Shown piece after piece: positions 51,988 to 64,000 of a stretch of 64,000 nucleotides of DNA. The notes beneath the pieces are model-generated. The model was given only the letters and a program-made list of their open reading frames with translations. It ran no database searches and was not told the DNA's origin. Made by a program: the position numbers and the translations under genes. Every line of letters starts with the position of its first letter. Position 1 is the stretch's first letter. The stretch covers positions 33,544,001 through 33,608,000 of the forward strand of contig NC_087447.1 in the NCBI RefSeq assembly GCF_036321535.1, read 5' to 3'. This stretch comes from Camelus dromedarius (lineage: Eukaryota).

Positions 51988-53147
51988 CTGGTAAGAAAAG
52001 AGAAACACACTGTTAGGGCGGGGACGTGGACTCTTCGTTCGAAACCCCTGCAAGGAGTTGCACGCTTTCGTATCTACTGTCTCATTTCACACCCATAACG
52101 ACTGTGAAAGGGAGCTATCATCAGTACGTTTTCCAAATGAGGAAACTGACACTTTGCTGCTGATGCTGCACTTGCCGTCCCATAAAAGCTGAGTGATGCA
52201 GGTGTGTGCCTACACACACGGACAGGCAGAGAGGACGAAGTCAAAGGATACACAACTAGGTGGCTGGCGGGTGGCAGGGGGAGAGGGGATGGTGGGTGTT
52301 TTCAAGGGGTGGTCGCTACTTTCTATGACGGAGAATCAAGCTTTTGTTACAAGGGGGAAAAATCCACTTGGTTAATGTCAAAAAATCACTTGAATCTCCT
52401 GTGCTTTCACCTTGAATGGGGAATGGCCCATCCCCAGGAGCTCCTCTAGAGCTGGCTGAGTGAGACCGCCGAGGTCCCCAAACAGGGGCTGAGCAGGAAG
52501 CTTGGTCCTATAATAAGCCATGGGACAAAGACAGTAGAGACACAGCCCCCTCTGTCTCTGCTGTAAAACAGATATTTTTCACCCCAGGTGTGCAACACAG
52601 GGGTTTTCTGGGAACCACAGTCTGCTATTTACTCAGGAGCCTCCCCCTTCACTTTTAAGAGAGGTCATGTTTATTCCTGCCCGTTACCTCCCATCAGCAC
52701 ACACTGAGGGCAAGAGTGATGAGAACCCTCTGAAGGCTTGCTTAGTGCAGCTGAAGGGAACGCTCAACAAGGGAACAGATACGTCGAAAAGAGAGGCACC
52801 AAAAAAAGACAGAAGGGGGGTTCTGAGTGCTCTCACCAACCCTCTGTGGGGGGAGGGCACTGCCCTCGGAAGATTGAGCTCCTCCCGGTTTTCACATGGC
52901 CTCAGCCTAGACAACGAGCCATGTAAGCATAAGTCCTCTCCTCCTCACCTCTCTTCACTTCACTTAGAATGATGATCTCCAGGTCCATCCATGTTGCTGC
53001 AAATGGCATTATTTTATTCTGTTTTCTGACTGAGTAGTATGCCATTTTATTTTTTGGGGGCAGGCAAAAAAAATTCTCTTTAATGTAAAGATTCACTATT
53101 AGTAAGAATGAGCATCTTTTCCTGTTTACTGCCCATTATATCTTTCT

Positions 53148-53396
53148 AAAAAATTTTTATTGAAGTATAGTTGATTTACAGTGTTGTGGTAGTTTCAGGT
53201 GTACAGCAAAGTGATTCAGTGATACATATGCATATATATATATTCTTTTTCAGATTCTTTTCATTATAGGTTATTACAAGATATTGAATATAATACTTCC
53301 CTGTGCTGTACAGCAGGTCCCTGTCGTTTATTTTATATATAGTGGTGTGGATCTGTTAATCCCAAACTCCTAAATTATCCCTCCCCCTCCCCAGCT
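53148..53396 (-). mobile_element. 5'-truncated L1 3' end
   Basis: ttttattgaagtatagttgatttac..caggtgtacagcaaagtgattcagt; probable TSD cattatatctt (53134-53144) / cattctatctt (53397-53407). Confidence 0.85.
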
Positions 53397-54819
53397 CATT
53401 CTATCTTAAGCAGTAAAAGAACATCTTAAAAATTACTGGAGGGGATTATGTCAGGAGAGATGATATATGGAGGTATTTTAGGGAAGAGTGAAGCACTAGA
53501 CCAATGGAAGGCATCTAGATTATTGCTGCAAAGCCAGGCCACGGGGGCAAGTGATTATTTCAGTGCAACAATAATTCAATCCATCGATTCGAAGCAACAT
53601 GGGCCTGAAGACAACTGTTGAAGAAACTGCTCCGATAAGAGATATCTACTCTAGGCCTCCTTTTAAACATTTGCCCCTGGAGTTGTAAGCTTTATTAACC
53701 AGTCAATCGGAAGTATGGCCTAATGTAATTATGGTAAGCGGCTCCATTTCGTTGACTATATAAATAGCAATACATCTGCTTATGTGTGCACATAATTCAG
53801 TAACGTGATCTGACTATGTAGATGATAATTGCATGGAGAGTATTTATAGCTCTGTAAATCTAGGAAGGCACATATAAAAATGATCAACTTTATCTCAGGG
53901 GTTTTGAAGTAATTTCAACTCCTAATCTCGACTCATTCCAGCGCATGACAGATAGCCATGCCACAGAAGGGCAAATGGCAAAACCTAAGTGTTAGCCTTG
54001 CTCCTTTGACGCCCAGTTCCAGTCACACAAGTATCACATCAGATTTATCCATGCAAACTGGTTCTTGCCACCAGTTTCCCTCTGCCAAGTCAGCTTTGAT
54101 AAAACCCCGCCCTCAGTTGGGCATGGCCACGAGGGAGGTTATTTCAGCCACCCGGCCAGGGCCACCTGATCTTTTGCTAACGGCAGCAGAAGAAGGTCCT
54201 GGCTTGATGACGATGATGGAATTGACCACTTCTTCTTGTCCCTAACTGCCAAACACAGAAGCAGAATTCGGTGGAAGAGATTGTCTGGGTCTTCTCTGCA
54301 GGTTTCTGATGTGAGTTTTATAATGGAAATCAAGTAAAGCCCAGCACAGTTGAGGAACTTTCTCCAAAAAATACAGCAAGTCCCTTTTCCCTGACATTTT
54401 GGTCCTAAAGAAGATTAGGATTATTTTAATCCAAAATTGGCCAAACTCCACTTGGAGATGAAAGCACTAGATTTTAAGAAATTTATTAGAAGCCTAGATA
54501 GCCTTGGATTCCCTTCTTATTCTGCCCCCTGCACATTCCGTGGCCTTGGCCAGGCTCCTGAGCCTCTCCAGGCCTCAGTGCATGCACCTGTGAAATGGGG
54601 AAAGACTCACCCACCAGGCTGGGTGGTCAGGGGCTTGAGAGACAGTGTTCATAAAGTGCCTGCCTGATACTCGATCTCCACGAGTCGTCATGCTGATTAT
54701 TACTACGGGATATGTTTCCAAAGAATACAATTCCCTGAAGCTTAATGTCTCCCAAGACAGGAGGAAAAGTTAGGATCTGGGGCAGATTCTAACTTCGAAT
54801 TCACCCAAGAAGCTGAGCG

Positions 54820-55590
54820 GGTGTAGAGAAAGGAGAACCTTTCTCTGTTGGTGGGAATATATTTTGGTGCAGCCATTATGGAAAACACACTATGGAGATT
54901 CTTCAAAAATCTAAAAACAGACTTATCATATGATCCAGCAATCCCAGTCCTGGGCATATATCTGGAGAAAACTTATTCAAAAAGACACATGCACCCAATG
55001 TTCATAGCAGCACTATTTACAATAGCCAAGACATGGAAACAGCCTAAATGTCCATCGACAGATGACTGGATAAAGAAGTTGTGGCATATTTATACAATGG
55101 AATACTACTCGGCCATAAAAAATAATAAAATAATGCCATTTGCAGCAACATGGATGAACCTGGGGATCACTTAGTCTTTCTAAGTGAAGTAAGCCAGGAA
55201 GAGAAAGAAAAATACCATATGACATCACTTATTTGTGGAATCTAAGAAAAAAAAGCACACAAATGAACTTATTTACAAAACAGAAACAGACTCACAGACA
55301 TAGGAAACAAACTTATAGTTACCAGTGGGGAAAGGGGGTAGGAAGGGATAAATTAGGAGTTTGAGATTTGCAGATACTAACTGCTATATATAATACATAC
55401 ATACATACATATATATATAAACAAGTTTTTTCTGTATAGCACAGGGAGCTATTGAATATCTGTAGTAACCTATAATAAAAAAGAATATGGAAACAAATAT
55501 ATGTACATACATGCATGACTAAAACGTAATGCTGTACACCAGAAATTGATATAACATTGTAAACTGACTATACTTCAGTTTTAAAAAAGA
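54820..55590 (+). mobile_element. Young L1: ORF2 C-terminus plus 3' UTR
   Basis: Encodes [42 protein letters not shown]-rich tract at 55327-55348; 3' end actgactatacttcag..aaaaaa. Confidence 0.92.
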
Positions 55591-56424
55591 ATAAATCATG
55601 TGTAGAACTGGGGGGCAAGGTGATACTCGGCAGAGGTAGGGAACAGCAGAGGCAGAGGAGTCTCCCAACAGTTAGGTAAATCCCCATTCTTCACATATTT
55701 CAGTCCTGAAATCAAGAGACTACAAGATCTGCCTTAATCCTTTACAACTCTCATGGCTCAAACCTGGTAGGACTTTTCAGACCAATTACAGCCACCAACA
55801 TGTGAGCACAGCTGTGGGCCTCTCCATGATGGCTTGTGTCTGCACAGAGGGAGGCAAACGCTGAATGCTTTTTCTGTCTAAACGTCTGTCTTTTCAGAAA
55901 GAAATTGAGGTGTTTTGATTAAAACTCACTCTGGGGCAGTTTTGTTTTGTTTTTTTAAAAAAGGGAAAATATATGTTTTCTTTGCAGTTTTACTATCTTA
56001 TTTTCCTTTAAAGAGGCTGGTACAATGTTGTAAAATAAGGGTCTTAATCTGGTTTCTACTGCCACTTGCTGGGCAAAGCAGGAACTACAGCCAGCTTCCT
56101 GCAGCCTTACCCAGAGGATGCTTGCAAGCCAGGGGAGGAGGAGAGGGAAAGGCAAGATCTCTGTCAACTACCGTGCTTGGGAAGGGGATGTAGGCAAAGC
56201 CAGCAGCTAAGGCATAATAAAGGAGGTGACAGGATATGCATACAAGTCCCTACACAGATTTACTGACACAGAAAGGGCTCTGATCTTTAAGAAGATGAAT
56301 GTCAAATGATCTCAAAATGTCATCATCATACTTGAGGATGATAAGATAGTCCTCAAAAGCAATAAAAGATGAACAATAAAAGTCTAATTTCTGCTGTACA
56401 CATTCATCGTAGAGCAGCTGTACT

Positions 56425-56640
56425 GAGTAGCATTTAAGAGCCAGAGTTCTGGAGCCAGCCTGCCTGGGTTCAAACCCAAACTGTATTAGTGGTACAGTCC
56501 CAGGCAAGCCACATAACCTGGGCATCAGGTTTCCCATGGGTGACGTGGAGATGACCATAATGCCAACCCCACAGAGCCGCTGTTGGGGACAGATGAGGGG
56601 ATACATAAAAAGCACTTTGGACAGAGCCTGGGCCTTGTTG
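56425..56640 (+). mobile_element. MIR SINE (one of many MIR fragments in the window)
   Basis: ttaagagccagagttctggagccagcctgcctgggttcaaaccc core. Confidence 0.75.
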
Positions 56641-56911
56641 GCACGCAGGGATGTGACGGCTATCGGCGGTCAGGACATGAGGCAGATGGATATCATGGGA
56701 AATGTCCCACAGGGGTGCTTCAAACTGTGCCTGAGTCCTAGCTCTGCACCCGATTGGGAAGCACCTTTAGGGAAGTCGCTGCACCCCTTTGAACCAGCTC
56801 CCTCAGCTGAGGGACAAGAATAATAACCATCCTACCAGCTCCCTGGGCTCATCTATATGTGGGTACACGCCTTGTTCAACACGAAGCATCACCTACGCGT
56901 GCAAGGTGCTA

Positions 56912-57112
<201 letters not shown>

Positions 57113-58723
57113 TCAATCGAGTGCCACCGGATAGGGATGGCCCCCACCTGCTGTCAACACGACCCCTATCATGCAAGAACCCATCAGACAAATGACTCAC
57201 TGCCGGGAAGATGAAGGCAAACAGAATATTTAAGTAGATATTAAATACTCTCTGCAGTGAGGGCCAATGTGAGATGACACCCCACAGTGACATCTAAAAC
57301 GCTCAGTTCCAGGCTAGCCGGGGTGACTCAACACTGCCCCCGGCGTGGCGTATTCACCCGTGCAGCTGTTTTTGAAGGTGGGCTCATGGGTTTAGCATAG
57401 GGCAACACTAATGAAGATCATGACCAATAAACACAGTGTATCGAGAAAAAGCCTTGGGATTCAGAGGGAGACGCACTGCACGTTGTGTTTTGTCCCCTTG
57501 CCCTCCCAAGGCTACTCTTCCATGAGTCAGTTCATCTCTGCTCCATGTAAGTGACAAGGGCAGGGAAAAACCAAGGAGAATTCCAAGTGGTCACCATCAT
57601 ACCTACTGTTCCAGACTCAGAAAACAGATTTCAGTGCCCAGAAACTGACCCAGCGTCTCCTCACTTTCCTAGGAGCACACAGGGCATATTGTAAATACTT
57701 AATAAACACCTGTTGATATGCTCACAGGGAGTTACCTGTGTGAGTTATTAATGGACTGAAGCCTCTTGTTCCTAATGTTTGCTGAACCCCAGCAAATGGA
57801 GCTGGGGGACTTACACCCTGAATGAGAGGTGGACAGTGACAATTCAGCCAAGAACGTATGTGAAAATGGAGCTCAGGGATGGAGATCAGAGAGGAACAAA
57901 ACTAAGCTTATTTGTGGGGCAGTGGGGGGACTATTGGTGCATTTTGTTTTGTTTTCTTTTGTACAAAAAAAAAAAACACACACACACACCCTTTGAGAGT
58001 TCAGCACACAGGATGGGCAACAAGAACTGAAGAATGACATATTCCATCCCATAAAATCATCGCCTGGTGTGACTCTAACTTCCCTCTCAAGGATGTGGAG
58101 AAAGACACTATGGGATGTGAAACAAGTAAGTGATCAAAGTGGAAGAAAACAGATCAAGACAATTTAGCACACTGTGATTTGGGGGAAATGCACAGTGCAG
58201 AACCAAGCAGAGAACGGGCAGGAGGTCTCCGTGGTAGCAATTCAACTGCATCGTCCCCCCAGCCAGAAAGTCCCAGGAAAATGCACTGGCTCCCAGCGAA
58301 ATGCACATCACTTTTTCTAAGTGACTCTATCAGGTAAAAGTCTGCAAGGGATTGCTCCTACACCAAACAGGAGGAGTTCCACTTTTCTAGCTACCTCAAA
58401 CCAGGATACTGGCCTTTGAGGAGTGCTGACTTGAGAACTTGAACCAGCTCTTTCAATCTAAAGATAAAACTTGAAAACTGTACCCACCGTATTTTAAATG
58501 TTTGAGTGGCAACCTCGAGAATCTAGACTCTAGAGATGATCAGCGCCGAGGAGAAAACACGCGTCTCTGCAGTTCACCTGCTTATTTTCCAAATTCAGCA
58601 GCCAGGACAGGAGGGTATCTGCCAGGTTCATTTCATTCTTCACAGGTTCATGTTCAACTGCCTTAAACTGATCTTGCATTTGTTTGGGGCCTCTTCATCA
58701 CTATAAAGAATTCACCGTCCTCT

Positions 58724-58886
58724 GGTGGGGGGAGGGTCTAGCTCAGTGGTAGAGTGTGTGTCTAGCATGCATGAGGTCCTGGGTTCAATCCCTAGTACCT
58801 CCATTAAAAATAAATAAATACATATAAATATATCTAACTACCTCCCCCTCAAAAGAATTTGAAAAAATAAAATTAAAAAAAAAAAA
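58724..58886 (+). mobile_element. Full-length tRNA-derived SINE, camelid Vic-1-like, with TSD
   Basis: tagctcagtggtagag A box, gggttcaatccc B box, AT-rich linker, ctacctccccc, poly(A); 19-bp TSD aaagaattcaccgtcctct (58705-58723) / aaagaatgcactgtcctct (58887-58905). Confidence 0.88.
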
Positions 58887-60829
58887 AAAGAATGCACTGT
58901 CCTCTAGGGCATAAATTCTATTTGTCCAGGCATTTCCTTTCCCCTGTGACAATTCTGCTAGCTTATATCAAATATTTTTTCTAAGATCCACTTCTTAGAG
59001 TTCCATCCAGGTCCAAATCAGAGGTTCACACCCACATCCAACTCTACCGAAGTCCAGTTCAGCCTGAGCTCAGCAGAGAGTGAACCCGGTTCTGGAAGCA
59101 CCTGGCCCAGCAGAGTCCTCTAAACTGCCTCTAGAGTCCAGGCAGTTTTCCGGGTGGTCCCCCAAGGGAGAACAGCAGAGCCCAGGGACTAAAGCATGCA
59201 GGGTTTACTTTTCCCTTCAGAACCAAAAAAATCTACCACTAGATTTATACAGGGGCTGGGGGGAGCTATTTCACTTCTGGAATCAGAAATGTTAAAAGGT
59301 TTCTGTTTTAATGATGCTTGTAAACCATACTGAACAGCCCTGTTTTATTGGAAAGAACTGTGCAAATGTGCCTTTGATGGCAACTAGCAGCGAGGATACC
59401 GACAGCGGAGGAGGTCAACGAGACGGCCACCTGTACTTGGGCCAGTGCTGCAGTGAAGTGCTTTCCTGACTTTGCCAACAGACCATCTGGCGACTTCAGC
59501 TTATATGTGGACCCACAAGGGCTTGCGTTTCCAAAGGAGGGCTCCCGAGGCCTCTCCACGGCCAAGCCTTTGGTATCTGGGCAGAAAGTGATGATTCACT
59601 GTGGCAGATTGGCCGGGTTTCTGCCTCTCTCTGCTCAGGTCAGAAAGCCCTTTGAAGCCTCACCCTAAATGCGACAGCAGACCTTCAATCACAGCATCAC
59701 TGCAGGCTCTGGGCTGTCACATCAGCCCGAAGTGTGGCAGTTTGGCCTCTCATCCCAGCAGGACAGCTGGCATGCCTGCCCACTCCTCTGGCCAGAACCT
59801 AAACTCCCCTGCATTGGGGATGTAAGCTCCAGCTGAGACAAGTTCCCCTTCCACCAACACCCAGCAATGACTCCACTATCTTCCTGTTTCTGGGGGACCC
59901 AATTTTCACATGAGAGGTTCCTTTTTTTGGATTATTTTGATTCCCTATCACCCTCCATTTTAATGCATTTTTCAGGAAAGCAAGAAGCTATGGAACCCCT
60001 GATGGGCAGGAGGCTAATAGTTACATTAAAAGCAAGATGTTCATATCAAGAATATCCTGCATCCAGGTGACGTCCTGCCTCTCCCTTTACCATCCCGTTC
60101 TGGTTTTCAGGTACAGAGGAACAGTCTGAGTTGGCAGTTTTCACCTCCCCGGTATTTGCTATGGAGGCCTTATCTATATTAAGCGTGGTTCTGAGACTTC
60201 CAGGCACAGAGGAGTCAGCGGTGCCTTGAATCCAACCGGGCTGCTTGTGCACAAGAGGCCCAGGGCATCACCCTGTGAGACCCCACCCCAAGCACAAACA
60301 CCTCCACACGAAGGACAAAGACGGCATCTGCTGACTGGCCACTCCTGCGCTTCTTGGTAATGGCCCCACTGATTATGGGATGCAGGTTGCTACGGTGATG
60401 GTAGGACGGGCTAAATTGTAAAGGAACCGGAAGTTTCTTCCTGGGAAAATCTGGGGTTGAGATTTTGCATCACAGGCTCCCATGATGCTAGCAAAGTCTC
60501 CTAAGGATGTGTGAGGCCGGTGTGCTCTTTTCTCGCTGTAGTATCCGTGGACCAGCCATGAAACTACTCCTCACCTCAAGCTACACAAAAGCTGCAGTTA
60601 CCAAGACAGGGAAATACTTTCACACCTGCACTCCCTGCCTTCCACTCCCTGATCTGACCATCATCCACAGGCATTCGCTGTTCGCTTGCCAGACCACACT
60701 CAAAGGCACGTCCTGGTCCTAGCAGTTTCTGATGCAAAGACTCGCGAGTTTCACCATCAGCCACCTTTTGTTTCTCTGTTAAATCTAGATCCCAGTGGTC
60801 CTGAGGCAAGCTTGGAAATGACGGTGTCA

Positions 60830-61180
<351 letters not shown>

Positions 61181-61817
61181 TCAACAGCAGTAATCTATAG
61201 CTGGCCAAGTATGTGAGCTGGAGGCCCAGTCGTGTCAGCAAAGCGGACCCTCAAGAGACTCTAAGCTAATTAACAGAACAAGCACAGAAAAGTGATCTAA
61301 CATCTCACTCTTAAAAGGCAAAGGTCACCGTCTGAGATGTGTATTTGAAAGTAGCCAGAGTGCTCCATTTTTGCTTCAAGCAATAGACAACCATTTCTAC
61401 CCACCTACCTGCATGTCACATGACCTTTAGGTGTCGCTGGGCATCCCTTACGCACCCCTGCATCTTCACCTCACTCTTTAAGTCTCTCGACAATAGATGA
61501 GGCTTACAGACCATCTCCTTGCAATCCATCATTTTACAGATGAAGAAACTATGGCCCACAGTAGTGACTTGCTCAAGGTCACAGAGACAGCCAAAGCAAA
61601 AAATAAATATATATATATATATATATATATATCTCTCAAGTGAGCTAACACACAACTTACCAGACACTCAGGACTAGCAGGAACTCAAGTAGCTATAGAT
61701 CTTGTATGTTACAGGTAGTTAAGTAGGAATCTCTTAATTTGGTCAGCAAATTTGGATTTTCATGAATCCCATTTCCTTAAAGTAGGACACACCTGCCTTG
61801 TTGGCTCAAGAAGGCTA

Positions 61818-62192
<375 letters not shown>

Positions 62193-62834
62193 TCAGACAC
62201 ACCACTCAGCCCCCAAGGCTCCAAAGAGCCCTCTGTGTTCCCCACCAGGCAAAGCAGTATTTGTATGAGGACTGGTTTTAGGGATGCATTCCCTCAACGA
62301 GTCTCAAAGACCTTGCTGGAGTTCAACCCACAAAGCCTGTGGGGGGAATCCAAGCAGAATGTGAGCCTCAGAACTGTGTTTCCAGCCCTCTGAGACTGCA
62401 CACCTACCCCCCCATCAGGACACTTCAGGATTCACTTTGTATTCATGAGATGTAAATTCCTCTCCTCTCGTTTACATTGCATTTGATCTTTTACTTGAGG
62501 AAGAACCCTCTTTGCACCCAACTACCAGACTCTGAGTGCCTGTCGGCATGATTTGTAGTAGCCTCAGCCCCACAGCAGTTTCCCTAAAACAGACTTCATA
62601 TTATTCTCCCTTATCCAGCCCCATAGAATGTACTTTGGCAAAATGACACCAAAGCAGGAAGGGCACAGGCTAAAACTTGCACAGAGAACAGAGGGAGGGA
62701 GAGAGGATGGCTTTTTTGCACCTTCTCCTGAGTCGTCCACAAATGCAAGGTTATCCTGCACCCTGGACAGGTACGTCACCATCCCTACATTGCTTGGGGA
62801 AACACTCAAGTTCCACTAAGTCCACCTCCTGCTA

Positions 62835-63059
<225 letters not shown>

Positions 63060-63398
63060 TCAGCTCCAGGCCCCCTCTTCCTGGAAGCCCACAGGGCCCT
63101 CTCTCCACGGAAGTCCTGAGTTGTTAACTATCACATGCTGCTCCTGCTGTTTGTTATGTTTTTATTCCTGTCCATCCATTTCCCCAATTAGACCTCAATC
63201 TCCTTGTAAAGAAGGACCAGGGAATTAGGTCCACACCTCAGGGAACTCATAGGAGAGGCTCAAAAACAGTGCCAGATCAGAGACGTGGGGTCACCTTGAC
63301 TAGACTCCAAGGCCAGGCTATGTCCCATGCAAATAACACAAAAACCTTCATCTTTGTAATGATGAGTTGGTGGAGAATGTAATAATTACCCTCTAGAA

Positions 63399-63607
63399 CA
63401 GTGGGTGATTTTGCCCCTCCCTGGGCACACATGGCAATGTCTGGAGACATTTTTGATTCTCATAGCTGGGATGTCATGGGGATGATGACTGGTGTCCAGT
63501 GTGTAGAGGCCAGGGATGCTGCTAAACATCTCTCAATGCACGGGACAGTCCCCATGACAAAGAATTATTTGACTCAAATGTTGACAGTGCTGAGGTTGAG
63601 AAACCCT
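63399..63607 (+). mobile_element. MER20 hAT-Charlie element
   Basis: gggtgattttgcccctccc..ggcaatgtctggagacatttttg..gtagaggccagggatgctgctaaacatc..gtgctgaggttgagaaaccct. Confidence 0.88.
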
Positions 63608-63807
63608 CTTATAAAGGGTAAACGTGCCCAGAACTGACATCATTTCCCCTTTGCTACCTGTCTTCCTTCTTCCAGAAGAAACCATTTACATAAAATATGA
63701 ATTGACTGGACTAATGCTTTTTAAAATCTTTACCTAAGACTTGGTAAAGATGGGGCAACATCAGTCCACAGGTAATTAGGTGGGGGAGATGGAAGCATTA
63801 ATGTAAG

Positions 63808-64000
63808 GGTTAAGAGCTTTGGGCTCCAATGGTCAGACAGATCTGGGTCCAAATTCACATTCCATGACTTAACAGCTGCGCAACCCTAGACAAGTTGTTT
63901 AATTCCTATAAACCTCAATCTTGTCCATCTGTAAAATGGGAAAGACAACAGTTCCTTCCAAGGGGGGCTACAAGGAACAAAGGAGGAAATGCAGGTAAAG
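63808..64000 (+). mobile_element. MIR SINE
   Basis: ggttaagagctttgggctcc..gtcagacagatctgggtccaaatt..catctgtaaaatggg. Confidence 0.75.

Noticed and set aside
58735..58803. Possible tRNA gene (also 3465-3532)
   Set aside because: Degenerate stems plus A-rich tails, and a TSD at this copy, mark them as SINEs

Overview
Mammalian genomic DNA, most likely a camelid: two short tRNA-derived SINEs resemble the camelid Vic-1 family. Two genes lie in tandem on the minus strand. The right part holds the last six coding exons and long 3' UTR of SLC6A5 (glycine transporter GlyT2). About 12 kb further on is the CpG-island promoter and coding exons 1-2 of NELL1; positions 1-24868 are NELL1 intron 2. All eight exons have canonical splice signals and continuous reading phase. 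The rest is mostly interspersed repeats (L1, L2, L3/CR1, MIR, MaLR and ERVL LTRs, hAT and Tigger MERs). Repeat family names were assigned by eye from remembered consensus sequences and their boundaries are approximate. I found no convincing new gene or novel biological system. The most unusual signals are structural scars in NELL1 intron 2: a ~435-bp inverted duplication that copies a three-part L1 mosaic, a ~70-bp direct duplication tied to a truncated LTR, a short template-switch hairpin, and a possible L1 3' transduction.
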